A stretch of 63,805 nucleotides of DNA, filler included, from Octopus bimaculoides (lineage: Eukaryota), in assembly GCF_001194135.2 (NCBI RefSeq). It is 7 parts of 6 records of this genome, joined end to end, with 100 filler letters (N's around TTAATTAATTAA, not from the genome) between each part and the next. Parts side by side here need not be neighbours in the genome. Positions count along the whole stretch, not along the records: positions 27,667 to 41,318 come from NC_068988.1; 6 more parts are not named here. One strand, given 5' to 3'. The notes under the pieces were generated by a model. The model was not told where the DNA came from, did not search any database, and saw only the letters and a program-made list of their open reading frames with translations. Each line of letters opens with the position of its first letter. Positions within the stretch are counted from its first letter, which is position 1. This document shows positions 27,567 to 40,179 of the stretch, one piece after another. Both the position numbers and the translations under genes were made by a program.

Positions 27567-29417
27567 NNNNNNNNNNNNNNNNNNNNNNNNNNNNNNNNNN
27601 NNNNNNNNNNTTAATTAATTAANNNNNNNNNNNNNNNNNNNNNNNNNNNNNNNNNNNNNNNNNNNNTGTGTGTGTGTGTGTGTGTGTATACGTGTGAGTG
27701 TGTGTGTGTAAGTATGTGTGTGTAACAGCACTCATAATGTGTTCCAAAACCCAGAGTGCATTCGGAAAATACTTTCGCTCTCCTCAGTTATTGAATTTCT
27801 AGAAAAATCCAGAACAACTCCTGATAGGGCACCAGTCGCACACACGGGACAGTGTTACTGTGACATTCATAAACTATTCTAGATCACCTCCCGATAAATG
27901 CCATACTACCCATTGGTAAATATATGTTTACATCATCAAAATTTGGCCATAAGCTTACAGATGCGCTAATGTTTTTTGTTTTGTTTCGTCTATCGCTGCT
28001 ACGATATTCTGAAGAAGTTAGGTAGGTGAGACACAATGAATAATATTTACTGCATTTTTGACTTTAAGAAACGAAATATCTTTTACAAATGTTCACCACT
28101 TCACAAAAACTATATCACCTTAGCAAATGATCTTCTCTAAATGCATTAAAAACACTATAATATATTCAGAACTTCATTTCAGAACATTATCTGAGTTCTC
28201 TTTGAGTATATAAAAGACAAATTTAGATGGGATAAAATAAATAAGACAAGATATAAGGTAAATTTGCCTCTTCAATTTTCCTGAATTACATTTGAAAAAG
28301 ACTCATGCACATCAATATCCAGAAAGATCAGAAATGCAACAAAAATTCAAAATATGTAGGTCAAATGAAAGAGGACAATGGAAAAATGGCATGTGTTTGG
28401 CATGAGATGAAACTAACGAAACTCAACTAAATCTAAGAACTCAACATAAAATATTCTCTACAGCTTCTTCACGATCTGCTGTGATGGCTGAAATTATTGA
28501 AATTAGTCATTACCCATTTTGCCCCAATTTAGACGTAATTTTTTGAATATTGACAATTATCATATCTGACATTAGTGTGGGAAAAATTGACTTGGAATCC
28601 AATAGAGAAAAGAATAATGATCATTAAACACACAAAAAATAATCCAGATATTTTATTAGCAACCTTAATTACAATCGCCTCAAAGTTGAAGAAAAGTTTC
28701 TTGAAAAAACAAAAGGACCTGTCACCTGACTGTGATCCAAACTTTCTCACCTTCAATAACAATAGCTATGGTGATTAATCTTTGCTCCCGAAGATAATGT
28801 AACAGTACAAAATGATGGTGTAATACGGTAATTTCAAGCAGACAGAGAGAAAATAACGAGAAATCAGAAATTACTCATTTTGCCCCAGTTACCAATTCTC
28901 CGTCCCAATTTTTTTTTTACTCTTCCGTCACCATCAAAAATATTTCATAGCTTTGTTACTCTACTACAAAGACAAAAGCAGTTTGAATCAGGAAAAGGCA
29001 TATCAATGACTTATAACCCCCACATCCATTCATATTTTATGGTATGAGTGTTGAATCTAGTAATATCGCTCGGAATTTCCTGTCAACTTTTAAGCTGTTC
29101 AATTTAAAAGTTAATAATAGTTGCATGAGAAATAACGCAATTCAAATTATCTATTGTAACTGAAGTAGATGTACTAGAAATAAAATAAATCAATTATCAA
29201 AATGATATTACATCACCAGGTTCCGTTCAATGCCATACGCTTGTGTAAAGAGCTAAAGTAACATCCTATATCCATAGATGGTATGGAACTGAATTACAAG
29301 TTCTCTCTCAAAAAGAAAACATATTTTTACAAGTGCGAGCTGACCATACAGCATGGGCCAGCTGGCGATTGAATAACTTTGACCTTCAGTCTAAAATAAT
29401 CACATCAGGCCAGATCA

Positions 29418-30128
29418 GGGATCTAGTTTAAAACGGGGGCACCAGTTTTCATTAATGTTTTATGTAGTGTTTTTGGTACCGAAAGACTTTCAAACTTCGT
29501 ATACTTATCTATTTTGTGTTATAGAACAGAAAAAAATGTTTGTATTCGAATTTATTTCATGTAAAAAAATTGTCTTATTTCGATAATTTCTACTAATCAC
29601 TGACGTCTATTCAGNNNNNNNNNNNNNNNNNNNNNNNNNNNNNNNNNNNNNNNNNNNNNNNNNNNNNNNNAAAACAGTTAGCGCTGTAACGGTGTATATC
29701 GTATTAATCCCCTAACCCTAACTAGACTGTTAACCCTAATCCTAACCCTAACCCTAAAACTAACCCTAACTCTAGAATCCGAACACTAAAATTGTTACAC
29801 ACATAGATACGCACAGCGTAATTTATTATATAAACAATATATGCGTATAAATTACGATTAAACCGGATGAAATATGTCACAGGGAATAACATTTTTATGA
29901 CTGGCCAGCAGTAACTCTATTCAGCTGAATAGACATCAGTGATTGGTTGAAATTACAGAAATACGACAACTTTAACATGGAATAACTTGCGATGTACGTT
30001 TTTTTGTTAAGAAGACTAAGAGTAAAAGATGTTTTATATGACACATTCTACCAGTGTCCCAAGTTTCAAAGTGTTTCGTTAGTGTTTCGTTAAGAAAATA
30101 CTGGTGCCCCCGTTTTAAACTAGATCCC
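29418..30128. mobile_element. Non-autonomous TIR element with 6-bp TSD and internal (CCCTAA)n, copy 1
   Basis: About 29-bp TIR GGGATCTAGTTTAAAACGGGGGCACCAGT. TSD AGATCA at 29412-29417 and 30129-30134. Confidence 0.9.
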
Positions 30129-30604
30129 AGATCAGTTAATTATCGGTCTACACGTGCTTGAGTAAAACAGATATTAAGTGCACTCGGCAGTTATTGTTAA
30201 ATCCAAACACTAAAGATTTGGTAGGGCCGCGTGTAGAATTCTGTTTCAAATTTATCTTTTATCTTTTACCTGTTTCACACTAATGCTGGGGCACCGCCTT
30301 GAAGAATTTTTAGTCAAATGAATCAACAACAGTACTTTTTGTTAAGCCTGGTACTTATTCTAGTGGAATCTCTTACCGAACCACTAAGTTACAGGGATAT
30401 AAACACAGCAAAGCAACACCGGTTGTCAAGCGGTGGTGAGTGACAAACACAGACACAGATACACACACACTCACACACACGCGCGCGCACACACAGATAT
30501 ATATGAGGGATGCTGAAAAGTTCCTGACTTTAGGGGTGTCGTGAAAGGCCTGGTTGGTGGTCCAATCTTCTGAGTTCTTTTGTAGGGCTTAATCAAACGG
30601 ACAT

Positions 30605-31280
30605 GGTGGATTGATTAGTAAGCAACTTCACTTTTCCTTATCTATAATTGTTATGGCCAGGTCTATTATTTTCACATACGTCTTTAGTGGTTGTCCAAAA
30701 TTGGCCATGCAGGGGTTTCTCTTCAATTTGTTTCATTTGCTCTCTTTGTATTTCATTCTGGTCCTTTTCTCCTATATTAAGCGCCTGATTACCTGTTCTT
30801 TATTTACTGTCTTTAATAGTTTTCCTGCGCTGCTCTGTAAATCCTCTTCTTGGCTTTTTCTTTCCGTCTATACACATTCTTCTTCTGTTATTAAGACTCT
30901 TCCATCCTAGTCTCTCCACAAGTACAGCCGGTTGATCTCAGCTTTCGGACAGTGGACTCCATACATTGTCAACAACTTTCTAGTTTTTCTGTCAAGTTTC
31001 TTTGTATCGTTTTCGGTCCAGTCTATAATTCCAACTCCATATCTGATTACGAGTATTGCTTTACTCTTTTACTTGTTCCAGTCATTTGACTGCGGCCATG
31101 CTGGAGCTCCGCCTTTAGTCGAGAAAATCGATCCCAGGTCTTATTCTTTGTAAGCCTAGTACTTATTCTATCTATCACTTTTTGCTGAACCGCTAAGTTA
31201 CAGGGACGTAAACACACCAGTATCGGTTGTCAAGCGATGGGGGGGGGGGGGGACAAACACAGACACACAAACACACATAC

Positions 31281-31311
<31 letters not shown>

Positions 31312-31975
31312 CATATATACGACGAGCTTCTTTCAGTTTCTGTCTACCAAATCCACTCAAGGCTTTAGTCGGCCCGAGGCTATAGTAGAAGACACTTGCC
31401 CAAGGTGCCACGCAGTGGGACTGAACCCGGAACCATGTGGTTGGTAAGCAAGCTACTTACCACACAGCCACGAATTTATTGCTTCAATAAACTCTCTTTA
31501 TTTCAGCTTCGGCTGCAATAATTTTCTTTCGCTCCTTTGTACTCCCTACCGATCATTTGTTTCATTTCTTCATTTCTTATTTCGTCTGCTTCCAATATTC
31601 CCAAGCATTCCCAAGTACTTATACCACTGTCCTTTTTTCAATCATTCTCTTAGTTTGCTAATCTGGCATTTCAATTCCCTGGCTTCTTTCAATTCTTCCT
31701 TGTTTCATTTTCAATACAGCACAATTTTCTATCCAAAATTCCATACCTACGTCATTTGAGAAAATGCGGATAGTATGTACAAAATTTTCAAGCTATTTCT
31801 TATTTTTTGCATAAAACCTTTATATCATCCACGAAAAGATGATTTATCTGACCATTTCATTTTTCCAAATCATAGTAAGCGCTGTCATGGCCAATACGAA
31901 TAATAATGGATATATGCTATCACCTTGGAATATTCCATGTCTGATGTTCACTTTTCGAAGTTTTTGTTTTCCCCC
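30605..31975 (-). mobile_element. Degenerate R4/Dong-type RT fragment interrupted by a SINE at 31062-31471
   Basis: RHGIFQGDSIYPLLFVLAM, INHLFVDDI, YKYLG, then IRYGVGIIDW...KLDRKTRKLLTMYGVHCPKAEINRLYL on the other side of the SINE. Many stops. Confidence 0.85.
31062..31471 (-). mobile_element. SINE family B full-length copy inserted into an R4-type RT
   Basis: Same structure as 51158-51572 with an imperfect TSD (acgagtattgctt / acgaatttattgctt). Other minus copies or fragments at about 16170-16530, 27290-27500, 30265-30500, 35600-35795, 41070-41318, 45500-45615, 47270-47460 and 48500-49190. Confidence 0.9.
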
Positions 31976-32049
31976 GATTAATTCTTCTTCTTCTTCTTCT
32001 TCTTCTTCTTCTTCTTCTTCTTCTTCTTCTTCTTCTTCTTCTTCTTCTT

Positions 32050-32124
<75 letters not shown>

Positions 32125-32127
<3 letters not shown>

Positions 32128-32575
32128 ACTGACTTTAACATTCAGACTGACAGAGTAACAGAGGCTAGAAGGCCTGATTTGGTAGTTGCAGATAAAGAGA
32201 ATAGAAAATGCCAGATAAGTGACGTTACAGTCCCAAATGATGAAAAAATCGATATGAGACGTATAGAAAAAATAGCAAAGTACCAGAACCTCGCCATTGA
32301 ATTACAAAGACTATGGAAAGTGCGGGCCAAATGTAACCCAGTAGTTATAGGTACATTGGGAACTATCCCTAAAGATTTGGACAGATGGATAGAGGAAATA
32401 GGCATAAAACCCAGTTCAGTACAGCTCCAAAAAAAAAACAGTGTTATTAGGGACAGTTAGGATACTTAGTGGGGTTCTTCACATGTAAGGTTATTTGTTG
32501 CAACCCGATGTTAGGACGTTTTTCATTTCCAACAGTCTAATCTGTTGTGTGTATATGAAAATGATAATAATAATA
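32125..32575 (+). mobile_element. R4/Dong-type RLE domain and 3' end
   Basis: DFNIQTDRVTEARRPDLVVAD...ISDVTVP...EKIAKYQNLAIEL...PVVIGTLG (PD..D/E-K restriction-like endonuclease), ending in (ATA)n. Confidence 0.9.
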
Positions 32576-32863
32576 ATTTCCAAAGCACAAGGCCTGAAAT
32601 TTTGATGGAGGGGAACAATCGATTACATTGATCCCAATGTTTCACTGGTACATAATTTATCGACCCTGAAATGATGAAAGGCAAAGTCGACTTCGCCAAT
32701 CTAGAAAAGCTGCTGAGTATCTAAGTAATGATATTGCCCAAATATTAACAGCCTTCACAAGATTCGGACCATTTAGCTTTGACTTCATTAGTTTCTTCAC
32801 TATTCTGATGTACACCTCAATTTTCGTTTTCATTTCTATAGTTTCATTTCTATAGTTTCATTT

Positions 32864-33155
32864 CTATACTCTATCGGATTCTAATACTCCTAGATACTTA
32901 TAACTCTCTCCTCCTTTCAATGATTTTAATGTCTGGCCATCTGGTAATTGGATGCCTTCGCTGTTGACCACCTGTCCCGTTCTCATGGCTAATATTAGAA
33001 ACTTATCTATGCCAAAATTCATGCCTATATCTTTGTTGAAGAGTCTTACAATCTGAATTAAGGAATCTATCTCTTTTTCATTCTCATTAAAAAGCTTCAG
33101 ATCATTCAGGTAGAGCAAATGGTTAATTTTTCCCTTACTATTTCTGAAATGATAC
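32864..33155 (-). mobile_element. R4/Dong-type RT fragment
   Basis: INHLLYLNDLKLF...DIGMNFGIDK...GIQLPDG...YKYLGVLE. Confidence 0.85.
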
Positions 33156-33164
33156 CCTGAAATG

Positions 33165-33394
33165 ATACGCGCGCGCGCGTGTGTATGTTTCCTCTATGCA
33201 CGGCCAAACCCCTGGATCAATCTGTACCAAATTTGGCATGAAGATTTTTCATTATTCGGGAAAGGTTGTAGGGGGTCAAATATAGGGGCTGTATCCCCTC
33301 CCCTATACGACTCTTCCGAATTCTTTTTTCAGCGCTAGAATAGTTTCACTTTTCATAACGCTATAGTTTCACTTTTATTGTCTCACTTTTATTG

Positions 33395-33451
<57 letters not shown>

Positions 33452-34192
33452 GCTATGCACGGCTAAACCGCTGAATCAATCCGTACCAGGTTCTGGGTTG
33501 GGGGTCACTCAAGTTTTAACTTTTTTTCAAAACAGAAATATGTTTTACATACCTGTCGTATACGTCGGTTTTGTTTTTTCGCTTTAAAGGTAAACAATTC
33601 TGATAGAAGCAAACACGAATTCTCCGTCATACGTCTACAACCCCACCTCTTTTTAAAAGTAAAGATAAATGCTTTTAAATTGTGATAATGGTAGAAGAAG
33701 TTTAGTCCTTACCGCCAAAATTCATTTCTTTTGGGAAATGTAAGTGTGATGATGCCTTCATTCCACGGATCCCATTAATCCTATCTGACCTCCCCTATGA
33801 ATTTAAACGGCTCCAGTTACCAGTGAAACTAACTTTTGTTACGTCCATAAACAAATCTCAAGCACAATCTCTCAACATTGTTGGCCTTAACCATGCTTCT
33901 CCTTGCTTATCTCATGGACAATTTATTTGTTGGATGTTTGCGAGCTGGAAGTCCCAAAACCCTTTTACTTTGTACATCAATTAAAGGACACAGTGAAAAC
34001 ATTGTATATTTATTTAGGAGTTCTACAAAATTAAACTGTGATTGATTTCAGGATTTGTTTTAATAGCTTTGATTATGCTCCTAGAATTTTTCTGATAGAA
34101 TATTTCTGAAAATATATTTTTAATCAGAGTAAATATACTTATTTCTCTTAACATTCTTGAAACTTCCGAGCAACGCCGGATACTTAGGCTAG
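33165..34192 (+). mobile_element. Non-autonomous Helitron-like element
   Basis: The 3' end ccgagcaacgccgg-atacttagg-CTAG|T gives a hairpin plus CTRR. The 5' module (microsatellite + ctatgcacggccaaacc...gtacca) is present twice, at about 33180 and 33440. Confidence 0.6.
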
Positions 34193-34205
34193 TGTATGTG
34201 TATAT

Positions 34206-34238
<33 letters not shown>

Positions 34239-34474
34239 TATATACACACACACATACATATATATGTGTGTGTGTGTGTTTGTATGTATGTAAGTATATA
34301 TGTATAATGTATGTTTGTAAGTGTGTGTGCGTGTGTCTAGGCATGTATGTATGCATCCGTGCTTTTATATCTCACTTTCTCCAGCCCCTTCTCCGTGTGT
34401 GTATGTCTCTCTCTCACTCTCACTTTCTTTCTCTCTCTCCCCCTCTATCGCGCTCTCACTTTCTTTCTCTCTTC

Positions 34475-34530
<56 letters not shown>

Positions 34531-34948
34531 CTCTCTCTCCCTCTCTCTCTCTTTCAGTTGGGTAAATGTGCCATAGAAACCGACCATCCCACACTTCGCC
34601 GTGTGTACGTGAGTTTTAACACGACTGTAGCCTTACTCTATCTCGTCCGGTAACGCCTGTCGATAGTCAAGAGTAACAACCAAAATATGTTCTTGGTTTT
34701 ATTACCGTTTTGGTGAACGTGGTTTTTGTTTGAACCCACGTCAGCCTCAATCGACCTGACGTATGTTCAAAGGTGATCCAATGATCATTCTGTCGCATTT
34801 CAAGAACAGAGCACACAGTAACGTTACGGATCTATTTAATTTGACGTACAGATTTTTTAATTAATTTTTAAACTAAACACTTTGAAACTTCCGATATTGG
34901 TAGACTGTGTCATGTAGAACAAGCACAGACACAAAGTCACACACATAT

Positions 34949-35599
34949 AGGATCTTGTTCAAAACGGGGGCACCAGTATTTTCTTAACGAAACACTTTGA
35001 AACCTGGGACACTGGTAGAATGTGTCATATAAAACATCTTTTTCTCTTAGTCTTCTTAACAAAAAAACGTACATCGCAAGTTATTTCATGTTAAAGTTGT
35101 CGTATTTTTGTAATTTCAACCAATCACTGATGTCTATTCAGCTGAATAGAGTTACTGCTGGGCGGTCATAAAAATGTTATTCCCTGTGACATATTTCATC
35201 CGGTTTAATCGTAATTTATACGCATATATTGTTTATATAATAAATTACGCTGTGCGTATCTATGTGTGTAACAATTTTAGAGTTCGGATTCTAGAGTTAG
35301 GGTTAGTTTTAGGGTTAGGGTTAGGGTTAGGGTTAGGGTTGAAATGTCAGAACTAACGGGGATTAATACGATATACACCGTTACAGCGCTAACTGTTTTC
35401 AGCTGAATAGACGTCAGTGATTAGTAGAAATTATCGAAATAAGACAATTTTTTTACATGAAATAAATTCGAATACAAAATTTTTTTTCTGTTCTATAACA
35501 CAAAATAGATAAGTATACGAAGTTTGAAAGTGTTTCGGTACCAAAAACACTACATAAAACATAAATGAAAACTGGTGCCCCCGTTTTGAACAAGATCCC
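34949..35599. mobile_element. Same TIR element, copy 2, inverted
   Basis: TIR (A/G)GGATCTTGTTCAAAACGGGGGCACCAGT. TSD ACATAT at 34943-34948 and 35600-35605. (TTAGGG)n at about 35295-35340. Confidence 0.9.
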
Positions 35600-36599
35600 A
35601 CATATATATATATACATATACATATATACGACGGGCTTCTATTCAGTTTCCGTCTACCAAATCCACTCACAAGGCTTTGATCGGCCCAAGGCTATAGCAG
35701 AAGACACTTGCCCAAGGTGCCACGCAGTGCGACTGAACCCGGAACCATGTGGCTGGAAAGCAAGCTACTTATCACACAGCCACTCCTGCGCCTATATTTG
35801 ATTCGTATACCGAAGTGTGTTTATGTATAAAACTGTCTTGCTACAGTATAAAACTGAAGGACGGATCCGGCAAGCAGCTGAGTACATTATGAAGATCACC
35901 CTGCTGCCTTTCTTTGGCCGGGAAGGGAAGGCGATGTTTCTTTGTCTGGTAGCCTCAGTGACAAAGGTTGCGTGGCAGTACAGGTTGAAAGGGCTCAAGA
36001 CAGACACTCTCCTCTTTGGTCAAGCCTTCATCAACATTTTTCAAAGTTTCAGTTGAAAACGAAAGTGAAGGTAGAGAGAGAAGTGTTGCTTCCCAGCAAT
36101 TTTGTTAAAAGGTGGGTGAATGTAGCGCAAATGATGCGGCCTACTCCTAGCGCATGCTCTGTAGATCGTGGGCAGCTGAAGAGGAGAAGATCAGAGTGGT
36201 CGTGGCTTTTTTGTGGGGTTTCCAAGAACAGCCTTAGAAAGTCTTCCGCTTTTCGAGATTTTTTATTGTTAGAATTCTATTTATTGTTATTCTTTGTTTA
36301 CACGTTTCAATCCCACTCTATTTGTATTGTATTGTCCTGTTACATCCCCAATGGGTTTTTTAATTGAATCCTCAGTGGTTAATTACAAAAAAATTATTAT
36401 TATTATTATTATTAATAATAATAATGAGCTGGCAGAATCGTTAGCACGCCGGGCGAAATGCTTAGCGGTATTTCGTCTGCCGCTACGTTCTGAGTTCAAA
36501 TTCCGCCGAGGTCGACGTTGCCTTTCATTCTTTCGGGGTCGATTTAATAAGTACCAGTTACGACTTAATCCCCTCCTCCAAGCTACCCTTGTGACAAAC

Positions 36600-38075
36600 A
36601 ATTATTATTATTATTATTATTATTATTATTGCCTTTGCGCAGCTTCTAATGCTGGAGATGTACTACGGTGTCAGCTGTTCACTACCAGTGAACTAAGGTA
36701 ACGCCTCTTATTTTTCGAGCACTTACCGGAGTATTCGAGCGGTTCCAAGCAGTGCTGCTTTCTGGAAGTGCTCCACCCTTATTGCAGCCCCTATTTGTTC
36801 CATGTGCTTCTCGAGATTTTTGCTCACTGTTCTCAGGGCTCTGACAATTATTGGTACTACTGCTACCTTTTTCATCGACCACAACTGCTTAACTTCCCAA
36901 GATAACCTGTCATATCTCTCGACTTTTCTTTCTTCCTTATCGCATACCTTGTTGTCAGCTAGGCATGCTATATCTATGATCCAGCATAGTTTGTTTTCTC
37001 TCTCAATTAAGGCTATGTTTGGCTTCCTGTTATCTATCTCATGATCGCACTAAATCATAAAATCCCATAGGATCTTTGCATTTCTATTTTCGACGATACC
37101 TTCAGGTTTGTGGTCGTACCAATTTTTTGCTCTGTCAAGTCCATACTTGTTGCAAAGTGTCCAATAGACAAACCTGGCTATATTGTCGTGGCGTCTCTTA
37201 TATTCCTTCTGGGCTAGTGTCATACATTGGCTGGTAATATGCCATAAGATTTAACCGTTTTGTCCACAGATTCTGCATTTATCACTTTCTGCTGTATTTT
37301 GTCTATTCTGTATTTTATGTAGTTTGTTCTTAGTGCTTGCTCTTGGGCAGCACAGATTAGAACCTCCATTTCCGGTCTTAAATCACTTTTAGTCATCCAC
37401 AGCCATCTTTTTTCTCTGTCTGTCTTATCTTCAACATCCCTATGAAATTGACTATGCATTCTTTTCTTTACCCACCTATTTTCAGTTTCATTCGTTTTCA
37501 ATTTCTTGTATAGTGCTTTATCTTTACAATTTTACATCCTACACAAGCCTGACCGTCTTCTAATAATAGCGGTTCTGTGGCATTTTTTACATACCATGCT
37601 AGGTTGTTTTCTTCTGCTTTAATGCTGTGTTCGCATCCAATAAGTCCTCTTCCCCCTCTTTTTCTTGGTACATAATCTGTCAGTGTCACATTTTGAGTGG
37701 AGTAACCCATATCTAGTTAGCAACTTCCTTGTCTTTTTTTCTAAGTTGTTTAGCTTGTCTACTGTCCATGTGATTACCCCTGCTCCATATCTAAGGAGTG
37801 AAACCGCCCAGGTGTTGATAGCTTCGATCTTATTTCGTCCGTTTAATTTCGACTTGAGGATCAATCTCAGTCTGCGCAAGTATTCCACCTTAAATTTTCC
37901 TGTCATTCCTTTCTCCATCAATTTATCCATTTTCAAAATCCCCAAGTACTTATAGCCCGTCTCTTCTATCTGTTTCATAACCTCTCCCGACGGTATCGTT
38001 AGCTCGTTCATACATTTGTTTTTGCCTCTCTTCAAGACTAACACACCACACTTTCTCACACAAATTGGAGACAAC
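36600..38075 (-). mobile_element. R4/Dong-type retrotransposon 3' half (RT end, CCHC knuckle, RLE, 3' UTR, (AAT)n tail)
   Basis: YKYLGIL, INTWAVSLLRYGAG, RLYVPRKRGGRGL, ICAAQEQALRT, CxxC..HITSQC, RRHDNIA, ILWDF, KPNIA, VPIIV. Frameshifted. Confidence 0.93.
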
Positions 38076-39469
38076 CCTGACAGTCATTTGAAATGAAATT
38101 TCCTACATTGGGAAAAAAAAAAGTTATAAGCACTATTTGTATCAGCTTTAAAACAGGGGACTCGGTGAAAGTGGAAACCGAAATAGTACGTGATGCTCCT
38201 GTTCATGAGTGGTTCTGCAGTATTTGGGAAGGAGAAACGCAAATATCACTGTCAGGGGCATTTGCGATGATGTGGACAGGTGGGTAGTAGTCACCTTCGT
38301 CGCTCTATATTGGCAAGTTGTCACTGCTGATATAATATTTAGTGATATGTGGTCGGATGGGTCATCATAGATATACACGATCTCGTCAGTCCAAAGATGT
38401 ATCAGAAATGTGTCCTGTAGAGGGTACTGAGAGGAAGGTTGTTACATATGTGGAAGCAAAACCCATCTTAAAGCTTTCAGCATAAAGAAATTATATAAGC
38501 ATCAAAGGCAACAACAAAACATGGAGATTGTTAGTCACAGGGTGACACCAGAGAGAAAACCAAATAAAATCGCTCTGTCCTTATTAGCAATAGCGAACCA
38601 CGAGATCGAAGAATCTCTTTCAGCCACAATCGGCGAGACTAATAAACTTCCACCACCACCACCACCACTACAACAACAACAACAACGGAGAGTACGAAAC
38701 GACCAACCCCTCACCTCATAACAGTACCACCCTATGTACTTACGAGGAATGCGGACCAGTTGGGGGTTGATGAGCATAAGCAGACTTCCTAAAAAAATGA
38801 AACCCAACGGAGAAAAACAAGCTGTAAAAATGCGAAGCAAGCTACACCTCCCGCAAAGAAGAAACTTTCTCCTCTGAGGAAGAGCCGATATCGTATGAAA
38901 AAGGACAAGTCCCCACCCTGAATGAAATGAAATTCACAGCCAATCACAAAAATAAAAAAATCAATAAAATATGATTAAAAAATAAAATTCTACAAGGAAT
39001 CTTATAAAATATCCAGTCGAAGTACGGATTAAAAATGGAGAGGGATCATATTTTAAGTAGTATAAAAAGTACGGAACAATATTCCAGATTTTAGATAGAT
39101 GTTATGACGTATTATATGTGAAAGATCTATTAGATGTGGTCTCACACTTGTCCCGTATTACTAAGAAGAATACATGATAGAAATATGAGACATCCTGATC
39201 GACACAAGTGGACGTTTAATTTGTTTTTAGATATAAAAATCTTGTCATAAGTATTATGTGATTAATCATACTGATTAAAACAAAATACTTCCGTCTAAAT
39301 GTTTCGTGCTTTATAAATCTTAAATTCGACAAAATTGTATATTGTATAACATCTTTTACCCACTCCCTTCACTTTTGTATAACTTTTCCGTTCCACCTCA
39401 CACATCTTTGTAAGTCCCCTGTTTAATGCGTCTTTTCAAGCCCTTGTGCCTGTGGAAGTCTATTATTGA

Positions 39470-39760
39470 TTTGATACAGGTTCACTCTTATTCTTATTTA
39501 TGTCGATAGCGGGTTACTACCTGTAACCTTAGGTATTCACAAGCTTTCAATAGTCTTTCAAGTGCTTAGAACCTTCCTGATAATCTTTCCTGTCCTTAAG
39601 AGGCAAACTTTCTATAGAAGCTCCACAAGACATTACAATCTCCTCTGACCATTTGTCTATAACTCTGCTCCCAGTTCCCAATGCATCAGTTATTACAGGC
39701 ACAACCTTTACAGTTTTCATGCTCTAAATTCTTGAAATAAGTTTATTGTTATAATTATTG
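39470..39760 (-). mobile_element. R4/Dong-type extreme 3' end
   Basis: Frameshifted KVVPVITDALG...KVCLLRTGKIIRKVLST*, matching the C-termini of the other copies. Confidence 0.65.
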
Positions 39761-40179
39761 AGAAAGCGAAGGCGGCGAGCTGGCAGAAACGTTAGCATGC
39801 CAGGCGAAATGCTTAGCTGTATTTCGTCTGCCGTTACGTTCTGAGTTCGAATTCCGCCGAGGTCGACTTTGCCTTTCATCCTTTCGGGGTCGATAAATTA
39901 AGTACCAGTGACGCACTGGTGGTCGATGTAATCGACTTAATACCTTTGTCTGTCCTTGTTTGTTCCCTCTACGTTTAGCCTCTTGCGGGCAATAAAGAAA
40001 TAGGTATTTCGCCCGTCGCTACGTTCTAAGTTCAAATTCAGCTGAAATCGACTTTACCATTCATCATTTCGAGGTCGATAAAATAAGTACCAGTGAAACA
40101 CTGGGGTCGATGTAATCGACTAGTGCCCCTCTCTCGAAATTTCAGTCCATGTGCCTATGATAGGAAGGATTTCTATTAC

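Noticed and set aside
35295-35340. (TTAGGG)n as a chromosome end or fusion scar
   Set aside because: It lies inside a TIR-bounded element present twice in the window.
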